DNA of 64,000 bases from Octopus bimaculoides. Its lineage: Eukaryota. The notes beneath the pieces are model-generated. The model did no database searches, was not told where the DNA came from, and worked only from the letters and a program-made list of their open reading frames with translations. A program made the position numbers and the translations under genes. The DNA lies in contig NC_068999.1 of NCBI RefSeq assembly GCF_001194135.2, positions 47,101,197 to 47,165,196 on the forward strand, written 5' to 3'. Shown piece by piece: positions 63,235 through 64,000 of the stretch; the first letter of the stretch is position 1, and every line of letters starts with the position of its first letter.

Positions 63235-64000
63235 GTAAGTTGACATCCAATTTTATCTCAGTCTTGAATTTTCATTCTATGACAAAATGTTTAATGTGTA
63301 AGAATAAGATGTTTACTGATTTGGGTTGTCATCAGCAAAACAATTTGGTATCGAGTTGTTTTGAAGTTGATGAATGCAAAACCACGAGTTTCATTTCAGA
63401 TTTTAAGTGCAAAAATATTTATTTTTATCATGTAACAAAACAATGCATTGTTGTTTCTACTAGTGTCAGTGCACCAGTACCAGGCACCCAGGAGACTCCA
63501 TGGAGTGGTTGGCATTAGGAAGAGCATCCAGCTGAAGAAACCATGGAACCTGGTGCTGCTCTCCTGCTTGCCAATTCTAGTCAAACCATTCCAACCATGC
63601 CAGCATGGAAAACAGATGCTAAATGATGACAGTGATGTTGATGAAAACTCACTGTCCAAAGTATGATAAGCTTAACATGGCTGACAGACAAACAACTTAA
63701 AGAATAAAATTCAAAGAATTTGCTTCCCTCAAACAGTGTTTTCCATTTGAAGTTGAGTATTTAAATTGGCACCTAAGTTTACAGCCCATCTCAGTAGACA
63801 AGTGAATGAAACTTATATATCTCTATATACCAGTGTCGCCTTGCTGGCACTTGTGCCGGTGGCACATGAAAAAACATTCGAGCGAGGTCATTGCTAGTGC
63901 CACTGGACTGGCTCCTGTGTAGGTGGCACGTAAAATACACCATTTTGAGTGTGGCCGTTGCCAGTACCGCCTGACTGGCCTTCGTGCCGGTGGCACGTAA

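Overview
Eukaryotic, AT-rich, microsatellite- and transposon-dense draft assembly with roughly 4 kb of N gaps. The SINE/LINE families point to an octopus; this is an inference from repeat content. Two spliced genes lie on the + strand. (1) The 3' half of a Polycomb-group Sex comb on midleg (Scm/SCMH1-like) gene: six inferred coding exons at 5938-11050, encoding SLED and SAM/SPM domains. (2) The first three coding exons of an SLC16A10/MCT10 (karmoisin-like) monocarboxylate/aromatic amino-acid transporter at 44714-63234, continuing past the window. The rest is mostly RTE LINE 3' ends, tRNA-derived SINEs, two Penelope-like RT relics, hAT and mariner relics, MITEs and an LTR fragment. There is no CRISPR array, rRNA or intact tRNA. 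No complete novel multi-gene system is supported. The best leads are small: two Penelope-type minimal hammerhead ribozymes (36271-36321, 48688-48749); an intronic hairpin with pri-miRNA geometry (57707-57788); an intact Merlin-type MITE carrying a telomeric-repeat palindrome (18578-19139); an unassigned GC-rich structured segment with Pol III A/B-box-like motifs (41328-41602); and the transporter as a candidate ommochrome-pathway gene. All splice models and folds were derived by eye and are not validated.
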